Source: Candidatus Hodarchaeota archaeon
GTDB lineage: Archaea; Asgardarchaeota; Heimdallarchaeia; Hodarchaeales; Hodarchaeaceae
Direction: 5' to 3'
Assembly (NCBI GenBank): GCA_016839785.1
Contig: JAEOTQ010000076.1
Location: 1-37,881, forward strand
DNA: 37,881 nucleotides
A model generated the notes under the pieces. It saw nothing but the letters and a program-made list of their open reading frames with translations, was not told where the DNA came from and did no database searches. A program made the translations under genes and the position numbers. Shown in pieces: positions 29,632-37,881 of the stretch; the first letter of the stretch is position 1; the number at the start of each line of letters is the position of its first letter.

Positions 29632-30393
29632 GTGTTCACCATGCAGGCACAACCCTCCTTTGAAACAATAAAAAGAGATCATCAAGGCGTCCCTGTAGTT
29701 AAAATAGTCTTTTGGGGGCCCACTTTAGCAGGGAAAACTACAGCATTAACGATAACCAAAGTTCTAAAGAGCCTTGAAGATCCAGAAAATGTCTATAAAT
29801 TCTTAAAATTAGAAGATCCAACAGGACGCACTCTTTTCTTTGATCAGGGTATCTTTGGAATTGGTAAAACGAGTGCAGGGTTACCTATTTTAAAATATCA
29901 CTTATTTACTGTTCCTGGTCAGGAGCGTCACTCTGGGCAGAGGAAAGTTGTCCTAAGAGGAGCCCACGGATTAATTTGTGTTGTTGACTCTGAGAAATCT
30001 CGATGGGAGGAGAATAAATTTGCACTTCGGGAAATTAATGATCTTGCTGGAGATAAACTAGCAAATGGTTCACTACCATATCACATTATGCTTAACAAAA
30101 TGGATCTCCCTGCTGAACAACGGATTAACTCCTTTGAGGTAGGAAAATTGTTAAGCGAATCTGGTGCCGTTGCTAGCTTAAGAGATGCAGCAGTCAGAAT
30201 CATTGAAGTTTCGTGTCTCGCTGCTCGTGATGATTTGAAACTACTACTTTCTAGGAGTGATCGAAGCAAGATAGTTAATGAAGACGGCAGGTTGAAAAAA
30301 GAGTACCGTCCTACAAGCGTAAATCGTGTGATAAAACCTGTTGAAAGTCTTGTAAGAGAAATCATTATCCATATGATGAAACAACAACAGTAA
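29632..30393 (+). CDS. MglA-family small GTPase
   Basis: KIVFWGPTLAGKTT, GRTLFFD, G3 variant TVPGQ, RKVVLRGAHG..VVDS and NKMD are MglA hallmarks. Confidence 0.88.
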   Translation: MFTMQAQPSFETIKRDHQGVPVVKIVFWGPTLAGKTTALTITKVLKSLEDPENVYKFLKLEDPTGRTLFFDQGIFGIGKTSAGLPILKYHLFTVPGQERHSGQRKVVLRGAHGLICVVDSEKSRWEENKFALREINDLAGDKLANGSLPYHIMLNKMDLPAEQRINSFEVGKLLSESGAVASLRDAAVRIIEVSCLAARDDLKLLLSRSDRSKIVNEDGRLKKEYRPTSVNRVIKPVESLVREIIIHMMKQQQ

Positions 30394-30467
30394 CTTAAAG
30401 AAAGCCCCCTAGATTCTTGGAGGACATATAAAATACCTCATATTTACAATTTAAGAGAGAATATCTC

Positions 30468-31097
30468 TTGACAGTCCTTAATGCCAGTGATCCTGAAATA
30501 ATAGATAAATCAGCTGCATTATTGAGGAGAGGAGCTGTTGCAGTGTTTCCTACTGATACTGTTTACGGACTAGGAACTATAGTAACAAAAGAAAATAATA
30601 AAAATATACGTAAAATCTTTGAGATTAAGAAAAGGTCTTTAAAAAAGCCTCTAAGTATTTTAATGACTTTAGAAATGATTTCTGAATATATTGATGCTTC
30701 TGACATTGTCATCACCGGCCTGAAAGAGCTTTGGCCTGCATCAATCACATTTATTGTAAACTTGAAACATTCTTGTCTGAAAAAATTATCTCCTTACTTA
30801 AACACTTCTGGAAATAATACAATTGCATGTCGTGTGCCACCACATGATATTCTGTTAAGAATTATTGAAAATATTGGGATCCCAGTAATTGGTACTTCAG
30901 CAAATATCTCAGGTTATAAACCTAGTTTTGTTTTTGCCAATGTATTTAATGATTTATCATCTAAGGGTATAGATCTTTGGATTGATCAAGGAACTTTGCC
31001 AATAAAATCACCTTCTACAATCATCGATATTACCTCCCCTAATGAACCAAAACTCTTACGACAAGGTGATTATAAATTTACTACTTTTAGATCATGA
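30468..31097 (+). CDS. tsaC: L-threonylcarbamoyladenylate synthase, short TsaC/YrdC form
   Basis: FPTDTVYGL, KKR..KPL, TSANISG, PSTIID, LLRQG. No Sua5 C-terminal domain. Confidence 0.9.
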   Translation: MTVLNASDPEIIDKSAALLRRGAVAVFPTDTVYGLGTIVTKENNKNIRKIFEIKKRSLKKPLSILMTLEMISEYIDASDIVITGLKELWPASITFIVNLKHSCLKKLSPYLNTSGNNTIACRVPPHDILLRIIENIGIPVIGTSANISGYKPSFVFANVFNDLSSKGIDLWIDQGTLPIKSPSTIIDITSPNEPKLLRQGDYKFTTFRS

Positions 31098-31139
31098 AAC
31101 CTTAATAAGCTAACTTATAGATTATCCCAATGAATTACG

Positions 31140-32978
31140 ATGGATACACAAATGGATTCTACTGATCTCCTTGTCGTTCACCAAAATAGAGTAATTTTCA
31201 GCTCAGGTAAAGGTCTTTTGTCTCAACACTCAAAAATTAGTGCAACTGTTACGCAAGTTCTCACTCTTTTTTCGCAGAAGATTATGGGAGGCGAAAGAAT
31301 TCACTTCATTAGATTTGCTAATCATCGTATGATATTTTTATTTCCCCACGTAAGAAGAACTGATGATCTTGTGGCAATCGTTTTGATCCCTATCGCGAAG
31401 AATGCTCGTCAAGTAGTTCCTACCATGGGAATTGTCTTAAACTTAATAGAGCAATTTCTTTCAGGAGATGTTTTAGATGCCCAAAATAGGCATTTAGATA
31501 CTTTTTATCAGCTTTTAACCTCTCCTGCAGATTCTATCTATGTCATACCACGAACTGGGGAGGGAATGTTATCTGCTTTGGTATTACTTACAGCATTTGC
31601 TCATGATCTTAGATACGGAGTTGAGAGTGTAGTATCAAGGTTGGTGTTCATCGACCCGAATGATACAAGCGACCTTCTATCCGTTATTGAAACTTCCAAG
31701 ACTTCACGAGTTCTATCTTTCACGCCAATTCCTGGGGTCGAGGAAAATGATAATATACTGATCTTTGGTTTGGAATCACCTCTCAAGCAATATTTTTCTG
31801 CAAATCCAGGAGAGCAGGTATATGATGTTCTTAGTAGGATTTTTGGCGCAAATTCAAATACTGCAAAGATGAGAAAGTTCATTGACAATAATGATGCCCG
31901 AGAGATAGCCCAATCCATGGCACTGTTTCCTTCTAGTGAAGATAATTTTATCAGAAGCAATGTATTATTATCAACCGTTATACAACCTGGAAAAGACATT
32001 GTGGTGACAATGTCAGCTCCAGTTATGCATAAAATGCGAGAGCTAGCACCTCCACCACGAGGGGTAGAGCCTACAGAACTCCCCGAACTACAGGAACTAG
32101 TGGTGGAAAAAGATGAGTTACAGACACCATCCTCGACAGGTTTCACCCCTCCAGTGGAAGAAACTGTCATAAAACCTAGCATTGAACTTAATGCGGAACC
32201 TGATGCTATACCGACGAAACAACCAGTAGTTGAACCAGTTATTAAGCGTTCCATCACTCATGAGGCTATAAGTCCCGAAATTACGTCCCAATTACAGAAA
32301 ACCAGAGAGAGTGGATTACAGTATAATTTCGCTGATATCCCAGTTGTTCTGGATACCTCACCCATGACCCTTGATCTCGCACCAAATAATGTTGTACCAT
32401 CTAGTAAATCAAATATTACGGTCAGCTTATTCCACAAACTTAATCAGTTTGAATGTCATATTTCTACATATGGACCAAGACTCGAAAGCATTAAAGACTC
32501 GTTAAAGGACTTAGCTTCAAAGCTTGAAGGAACTTTAGAACTAGGCCATGATTCAGTTTCATTAAAAGTTTCGCATGAACGCGATAAAATTGCTCTACGT
32601 GGAATACTGTGGTTAAGCATTGTTGAATATCTTACTCAAGTAGAAGGGAATATTAAAACTCTATCTTCAAGATTTAACATACCTAGAGAGGGGTCAATTT
32701 TAATCATCCCTCCCAATCGTGACTTTGTTAAAGAGAAGATACCATCAAAATTTAAAACTTTCATTTATGAAAAAGAGATTCGTGAACAGATTGAAACGGA
32801 AGCATTATGGACTCTGGGCAAAGCACACGATGCAATCCTTTCTATGATAATGCAACCACTATATCAGGGTGAAGGAGTTGCGTTTGTTGCCTCAGAATCA
32901 AATCAAGAAATGGAGGAAATAGCTTTATTCTTGTTACTTATATCTGAAATCTGCGGAATCGGTTTTTCACGTTGGTAA
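31140..32978 (+). CDS. Hypothetical protein with a longin-like N-terminus, possibly DENN-like, and a Pro/Glu linker
   Basis: LLVVHQNRVIFS...VTQVLTLFSQKIMGGERIHFIRFANHRMIFL...LVAIVL fits the longin beta-beta-alpha-beta-beta-beta-alpha pattern. The CDS is solid; the domain call is tentative. Confidence 0.65.
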   Translation: MDTQMDSTDLLVVHQNRVIFSSGKGLLSQHSKISATVTQVLTLFSQKIMGGERIHFIRFANHRMIFLFPHVRRTDDLVAIVLIPIAKNARQVVPTMGIVLNLIEQFLSGDVLDAQNRHLDTFYQLLTSPADSIYVIPRTGEGMLSALVLLTAFAHDLRYGVESVVSRLVFIDPNDTSDLLSVIETSKTSRVLSFTPIPGVEENDNILIFGLESPLKQYFSANPGEQVYDVLSRIFGANSNTAKMRKFIDNNDAREIAQSMALFPSSEDNFIRSNVLLSTVIQPGKDIVVTMSAPVMHKMRELAPPPRGVEPTELPELQELVVEKDELQTPSSTGFTPPVEETVIKPSIELNAEPDAIPTKQPVVEPVIKRSITHEAISPEITSQLQKTRESGLQYNFADIPVVLDTSPMTLDLAPNNVVPSSKSNITVSLFHKLNQFECHISTYGPRLESIKDSLKDLASKLEGTLELGHDSVSLKVSHERDKIALRGILWLSIVEYLTQVEGNIKTLSSRFNIPREGSILIIPPNRDFVKEKIPSKFKTFIYEKEIREQIETEALWTLGKAHDAILSMIMQPLYQGEGVAFVASESNQEMEEIALFLLLISEICGIGFSRW

Positions 32979-32990
32979 GACAAGACTAGA

Positions 32991-33109
32991 GGAGCTTTTC
33001 AATAGAGACTGCTAATGTATCGGTCAGCAGAGGCCTTCCCGTTGCGATGAAGCTGATTACCGTCCGGCTTAGCAGAAAAGCGTTACGCTGATACCTTTAT
33101 TGAAGTTCC
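32991..33109 (+). ncRNA. Structured RNA with a K-turn/K-loop; candidate H/ACA pseudouridylation guide
   Basis: GC-richer island. Outer stem 32991-33007/33095-33109. CTGCTAA 33009-33015 pairs with TTAGCAG 33069-33075. Upper stem GGTCAGC/GCTGATTACC. K-turn AGA (33029-33031)/GATGA (33046-33050). AAA at 33076. Confidence 0.55.
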
Positions 33110-33372
33110 GGTTAATTTATTTTACTTTCGATAAGGAAAATGGTTTAGAATTAACATTATTTCTGCAATAATTGTATCTAAAGTGAATTCCCTACCATTG
33201 AATTAAGTTTATTAGAATCAGGAATTTTGTTTGTTAGGAAAGATAAAAAAGAGAAGACTTGGACAAAGATCACAATTAGTTCGATTTTCAAGTGATTTGA
33301 AATCTCTTTACCAATCTCTCAAATAGAGTAGATTTAATCCAAAATCAATAAAAAACTGTAAGAAGTGAAAAT

Positions 33373-34236
33373 ATGAAGAATTGGCTTATTACAAAAAGAA
33401 CAAAAAGAGGGATAAGCCCTGTAATCGCCACGGTTTTATTAATTGGACTTGTTGTAGTAGCTGGATTAGGAGTAGCGTTAGTGATGTTTGGTACCATTAA
33501 TACTCCCGATCCATTAGGGGTTGAAGTTGTGGCCATATCTTCTTTCGAAACCACTGATATTGATATTAATGTTGACAAATTTGATGTAACCCTCCAGAAT
33601 ACCGAAAGAACAAATGTTGAAATTTCTTCGGATGCATTTTCACTCCTTTATTTCAATCGTACGCCAATTCTAGGATGGTATATGGATCAATCAAAGATTT
33701 TTTTATCAGGTTTATCCATAGTAACGATTCCTCTTACTTGTGATAATACAGTCGATCGAAATGAACTAGTACCTGGGAATGATACTATTTACATTGATGT
33801 AACTATTTTTCCAGAAGGTAAGACAAGCCCAAAGTCTGCAAGAACATTCCGATCTAATATATTGACTATTGGAGATACCTATGGTCCAGTTTCCCTCGTT
33901 TCATTGAATCCATTATCGACTTTCAGTCAAGAAGGATTCACAATGAACTTTACTGTTACAAACAATGGAAGTACGGATCTTAATTTACGTTTAGATTTTT
34001 CAACAGCTTCTTCAAGTGGATTATTCTTCATTGTGAACGGTATTAACACTAGCTTGCATGTTTTCATACTGGAAAAGCTAGAATCAACTTCCTTTCAAAG
34101 TGATCTTTTCCAATTAAATTCCTCTGACCTGACAAGCCCTGGAGTACCTTATTTGATTTTTGTTACATTGTCTGATAATGATAATGGAAACTTCCTTGCA
34201 ATAGAAAGTCTATCGGTGACATATGAACCGATCTAA
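33373..34236 (+). CDS. Archaeal type IV pilin-like protein (class III signal peptide)
   Basis: RTKRG|ISPVIATVLLIGLVVVAG followed by beta-rich domains with N-glycosylation sequons. Confidence 0.88.
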   Translation: MKNWLITKRTKRGISPVIATVLLIGLVVVAGLGVALVMFGTINTPDPLGVEVVAISSFETTDIDINVDKFDVTLQNTERTNVEISSDAFSLLYFNRTPILGWYMDQSKIFLSGLSIVTIPLTCDNTVDRNELVPGNDTIYIDVTIFPEGKTSPKSARTFRSNILTIGDTYGPVSLVSLNPLSTFSQEGFTMNFTVTNNGSTDLNLRLDFSTASSSGLFFIVNGINTSLHVFILEKLESTSFQSDLFQLNSSDLTSPGVPYLIFVTLSDNDNGNFLAIESLSVTYEPI

Positions 34237-34926
34237 TTAGGTTCTAGATCTCTTGGGCTCTAGAACTGCTTTAACTATTTCGTAGACCCCTTCCTCTCTA
34301 TATTCGTTCCAATGTACCCTAGATTCTTCGACAACTATACGAGATGGAAAGAAAGGCGCATCCAAAACAAATGATTCATATTCTCCTCCTTCCCCAGTCA
34401 TAGCAAGTTCTGAGATTCCTTTTAAGCTCATAAGGGTACCTAACCTTTCAAGCGTAAGTTTTTCTCCTAAAAGATCCTTCCCAAATCCCATAGCGGAAAC
34501 AGAAACCAGGATGATATGAAAATTATTACTTAGGAGTTCTTCCATATAAGTTCTTGGTGAAAGCCTCCAAAGTGGGTTAAGACAATACATATTGGCTTGA
34601 AACGCTGCATAATTGAACCTATACCTTTGAAATTCAGATCTAATACCTCCAGTAATAATAGCATCTGCTCCAGAATCAATGAATGTTTTAGTTAGCATTG
34701 ATGTTTCTTCATTTACATTTGAAAAATCTGTTTTCACTTCAAGGAGTGGTAGGTTCAACATTTTTGCAATTAAAGAAACATATTGAGTATTTGGAATATG
34801 AAAAAGAAAGCTATCAGAGGTATTAGGCCGAATGTTAATTATCGATATTACCTCAAATTGGTGAAGGGCACACCATAATGCGAAGATCGAGTCTTTCCCT
34901 CCAGAGACCAAACAGGTAACTTTCAA
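34237..34926 (-). CDS. dph6: Diphthine--ammonia ligase family PP-loop ATPase (MJ0570-like)
   Basis: SGGKDS, SFLFHIPN, G.I.SEFQR, PLW, GEGGEYESFVLDAPFF. Confidence 0.88.
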   Translation of the reverse strand: MKVTCLVSGGKDSIFALWCALHQFEVISIINIRPNTSDSFLFHIPNTQYVSLIAKMLNLPLLEVKTDFSNVNEETSMLTKTFIDSGADAIITGGIRSEFQRYRFNYAAFQANMYCLNPLWRLSPRTYMEELLSNNFHIILVSVSAMGFGKDLLGEKLTLERLGTLMSLKGISELAMTGEGGEYESFVLDAPFFPSRIVVEESRVHWNEYREEGVYEIVKAVLEPKRSRT

Positions 34927-35148
34927 TATAAATCCTCGAGCTTAGAAAATAGTATTTCTTTGATAAATTCACAAAAAAACTCGAAATAAATAGTTTATCA
35001 TACATTCTTCCTCAATGATTACGATTCTATGCTTCAATCAAAAATTCTCATTAGTCTCAATAAATAGCATATTTGAAAATTTATATGTTGAAGACATTGA
35101 AAGCTCTTGATGATGTTTAATCAGAAAATTCGATCTGTTTGCTAGATA

Positions 35149-36018
35149 TTGGTGAAAAAAATGGCATATCTCCCTCCTAAATTACTAGAAAGAAAATTAC
35201 TGCAATTTCTCCAAGAGGATCTTGAATTTGGGGATATAACTACCGAAATAACACCAGATAAAATCGTTAACGCTGATCTCATTGCTAAAGAACATGGATT
35301 TGTAAGTGGTCTTGAATTTGCGCGTATTCTTGTAAACGCAGTTGGATTAGAGATAAAAACAAATAGAAATGATGGAGAACAAATTAAACAAGGAGATATT
35401 ATTTTTACTATTAAAGGAAGTAGCAGAGCTATACTCGTAGTGGAACGTACATTATTGAATATCATTATGCGATTATCAGGTATTACCACTCAAACCAAAA
35501 ACCTTGTAAACATGATATCAAACTCTAAACTTTCAATAAAAGTTGCTTCAACTCGTAAAACCACTCCCGGTTTTAGATACTTCGAAAAATATGCAGTTAA
35601 AACTGGAGGTGGTGACACACATCGTTGGAGTCTCTCTGATGAAATTTTAATAAAGGAAAACCATTTAGCACTATTTAAAGGTGAATTAATTGACGAAATT
35701 CTAAGAAAATATCAACAACAAGCATCATTCACTAGAAAAGTTGATATTGAGGTAGAAACCCTTGAGGAATTTGAAAAAGTACTCAAAATTCATCCCGATA
35801 TTATAATGCTTGATAATTTTACTCCTGAAAAGATACACCAAGCAATTGCTTTGATGAATGATCGGATTTCTGGAAGGAAACCGTTGATTGAAATTAGTGG
35901 AGGAATAAATCCTGAAAATCTCGAGAAATATCTAATCAATGGGGTTGACATAATCTCTATAGGAGCATTGACTCATACAGTAAGATCTTTAGATTTTTCG
36001 TTAAAAATTCAAACCTAG
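35149..36018 (+). CDS. nadC: Nicotinate-nucleotide diphosphorylase (quinolinate phosphoribosyltransferase)
   Basis: ED...GDITT, ERTLLN, STRKTTPG, HR, IKENH, IEVE, IMLDNF, SGGI. Confidence 0.96.
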   Translation: MVKKMAYLPPKLLERKLLQFLQEDLEFGDITTEITPDKIVNADLIAKEHGFVSGLEFARILVNAVGLEIKTNRNDGEQIKQGDIIFTIKGSSRAILVVERTLLNIIMRLSGITTQTKNLVNMISNSKLSIKVASTRKTTPGFRYFEKYAVKTGGGDTHRWSLSDEILIKENHLALFKGELIDEILRKYQQQASFTRKVDIEVETLEEFEKVLKIHPDIIMLDNFTPEKIHQAIALMNDRISGRKPLIEISGGINPENLEKYLINGVDIISIGALTHTVRSLDFSLKIQT

Positions 36019-36026
36019 GTAGTTTA

Positions 36027-36296
36027 TTGAAGATGGTTTATACAATGACTGAAAATTTATTATTTAATATCCTCCGAGGAATTTTAGTAGCTATTGTCTC
36101 ATCCATGATCATAGGATTTATGGTTATAATTCTTGGACCACTAATTCCATTTATACCGTTTGATGGGATTTTTCCATTTGCTATACTTTTTCTCATTTTC
36201 TGTCTCACCCTTGTCACGTACTTTTCTTTGCCTCCAGAGGTAAATGAGAAAGAGGAAGAAATAACCATATCTGAAACCTTGAGTGAAAGTCTTTAA
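36027..36296 (+). CDS. Small membrane protein with two TM helices and an acidic tail
   Basis: Two hydrophobic segments. Fills the gap between nadC and the acyltransferase on the same strand. Start may be ATG 36033 or 36045. Confidence 0.7.
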   Translation: MKMVYTMTENLLFNILRGILVAIVSSMIIGFMVIILGPLIPFIPFDGIFPFAILFLIFCLTLVTYFSLPPEVNEKEEEITISETLSESL

Positions 36297-37038
36297 AGTA
36301 ATAATTGAGGCACAATTCATGGGATCTACCAATTTTCATTCAAAAAGAGCAAAATTATTCTCACCTTACATATCGAAAGCAAGTTTTGTGTATGGTCCAT
36401 CAACAGTTGGGGAAAATTCTATAATCGATCCGTCGGTTATCATTGGTTACCCGACTCGACCAAAAACTAAAGAAATTATGTCAAAAAATGACGCTTTACT
36501 TGATTTAGATATGTACTTTGATATGAATTCAATTGGCACAATTATTGGAAAGAAAAATCATATTAGATCTTTTACAACAATTTATGAGGACACAGAACTA
36601 GCAGATCACGTCGAAACAGGCACCAATGTAGTGATTCGAGAGAAATGTGAGATTGGATTTGGAAGTATCATAGGTAGTGGAACAATCCTAGATGGTGAAG
36701 TTATTATCGGGAAAAACGCAAGGATTCAATCAAATAATTTCATCCCTCCCAAAATTAGGATTGGTGATGATGTTTTCCTTGGTCCTGGGGTTCGCTTTGC
36801 AAATGATCTTTACCCTGTAAGCAGTCGTTTAATTGGAATTGATATAAAGAATGGTGCAATTATAGGTATTGCAGCTGTCATTCTTCCTGGAATTGTCATT
36901 GGTGAAAATTCAGTAGTAGCTGCGGGATCTGTTGTTACAAAAAGTGTTCCAAAGGATGCTGTTATGATGGGAACACCTGCAAGGCAGATAATGACTCGTA
37001 ATGAGTATGACAAAAAGAAAATTGCCTATGAAAAATGA
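36283..37038 (+). CDS. Hexapeptide-repeat (LbetaH) acyltransferase, probably acting on a sugar nucleotide
   Basis: Repeated [IV]G.... hexapeptides, IGDDVFLGPGV.F.ND.YP, VAAGSVVTKSVP, GTPAR. Likely start is ATG 36319. Confidence 0.88.
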   Translation: MKVFKVIIEAQFMGSTNFHSKRAKLFSPYISKASFVYGPSTVGENSIIDPSVIIGYPTRPKTKEIMSKNDALLDLDMYFDMNSIGTIIGKKNHIRSFTTIYEDTELADHVETGTNVVIREKCEIGFGSIIGSGTILDGEVIIGKNARIQSNNFIPPKIRIGDDVFLGPGVRFANDLYPVSSRLIGIDIKNGAIIGIAAVILPGIVIGENSVVAAGSVVTKSVPKDAVMMGTPARQIMTRNEYDKKKIAYEK

Positions 37039-37064
37039 TTTAGACTTTCCTATGAATTTTCTAG

Positions 37065-37364
37065 TTATTTTTTGAAGCAGCTACAAGGTGATCCTAAGCA
37101 CTTTGGACATTTATTTGGATATTTATTCCACGCAGCAGATTCAAGATCAATTTTAAACAGATTACATATCGAGCAGAGCCACGCGAATATATCAGCTACT
37201 TCCTCAACTATCTCAGATGTGTCTCCTTTGAGATAAGCATCTATTAACTCTCCTTGCTCTGTTTGTAACCATAATAAGCTTTTTTCTATTCCTCGCTGTT
37301 GATCACGCACGATATAGAGTTCTTTCATCAACTGTTGGAATTCTTTTATTGTTTTATTTGTCAT
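37065..37364 (-). CDS. MazG-like nucleotide pyrophosphohydrolase
   Basis: TEQGEL, EEVAD, and a C-terminal CPKC...PCSC typical of archaeal single-domain MazG proteins. Confidence 0.88.
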   Translation of the reverse strand: MTNKTIKEFQQLMKELYIVRDQQRGIEKSLLWLQTEQGELIDAYLKGDTSEIVEEVADIFAWLCSICNLFKIDLESAAWNKYPNKCPKCLGSPCSCFKK

Positions 37365-37377
37365 GGGTGAGAATACC

Positions 37378-37881
37378 TCAAGGAAGCTGGATCACTTTGT
37401 TATCTCCTATGTTTATATCATGAAACTCTCCTTCCACAGAGGTTTCATTCCCAATAATAGAATTTTTAAGAATCGTATTTTTAATTACTGACCCTGAGCC
37501 AATAATGGATGAAGATATTATACCCCAATTTACGATAGTATCTTTAGCAATACTTGAATTTGGTCCAACGACTGAATTACTGATGGTACAACCACTTTCA
37601 ATGGCAACAGGGTGAATAATGATACTGTCTGTTAACTCACTCTTTATTATTGATTTTTTTAAAGAAGAGAGGACGAATCGGTTTCCTTCCAATAAAGATT
37701 CTTTATTTCCACAATCAAACCATACACCAGAATCAATTACTCCTAATGTATATCCATTTTCAATCATCATTTGTAATGCGTCAGTTAATTGAATTTCTCC
37801 TCCTACTCCCGTAGAGTTTGTATCAACAATAGCTTTCAAATAGTTATGAAGGATTTTTGTATTGCGGATCATATATACTCC
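37378..37881 (-). CDS. Sugar-phosphate nucleotidyltransferase (glucose-1-phosphate thymidylyltransferase long form), C-terminal part only
   Basis: GEIQLTDAL, WFDCG and a C-terminal LbetaH region with SVVGP. The N-terminus lies beyond the window end. Confidence 0.85.
   Translation of the reverse strand, partial: GVYMIRNTKILHNYLKAIVDTNSTGVGGEIQLTDALQMMIENGYTLGVIDSGVWFDCGNKESLLEGNRFVLSSLKKSIIKSELTDSIIIHPVAIESGCTISNSVVGPNSSIAKDTIVNWGIISSSIIGSGSVIKNTILKNSIIGNETSVEGEFHDINIGDNKVIQLP

Noticed and set aside
31601-32257. 218-aa minus-strand ORF (similarly 22654-23076, 28540-28740, 30081-30365, 35142-35489)
   Set aside because: Antisense to longer, motif-bearing genes; typical shadow ORFs.
32991-33109. 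Interpretation as SAM-I riboswitch, 5S rRNA, SRP RNA, RNase P RNA or SECIS
   Set aside because: Only the K-turn arm resembles SAM-I, with no AUC..GAG/GCAACC core. The conserved motifs and lengths of the other RNAs are absent, and no in-frame UGA selenoprotein gene was seen nearby.

Overview
AT-rich, gene-dense archaeal DNA, most likely from an Asgard archaeon. This is inferred from egsA, aTrm56, an archaea-specific Ski2-like helicase and class III signal-peptide pilins, together with eukaryotic-signature genes: two Rab-like GTPases, an MglA-like GTPase, gelsolin-like domains and a longin-like protein. Housekeeping genes (helicase, PGM/PMM, rnhB, egsA, argS, aminotransferase, geranylgeranyl reductase, trm56, tsaC, dph6, nadC, MazG-like, sugar transferases) flank and intersperse an approximately 15 kb stretch (about 17.9-33 kb) rich in candidate cytoskeleton and membrane-traffic genes. 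The strongest leads are: (i) a gelsolin/Rab-like/MglA-like operon followed by a longin (possibly DENN-like) protein; (ii) a Get4/TRC35-like helical protein; (iii) an unannotated structured RNA at 32991-33109 with a K-turn and H/ACA geometry, whose pocket is complementary to the conserved 16S 790 loop; (iv) a 1068-aa pilin-type adhesin; (v) an orphan BshC-like enzyme with a zinc-ribbon insert. No rRNA, tRNA, CRISPR array or mobile element was recognised. All family calls come from motif recognition by eye; no searches were run.
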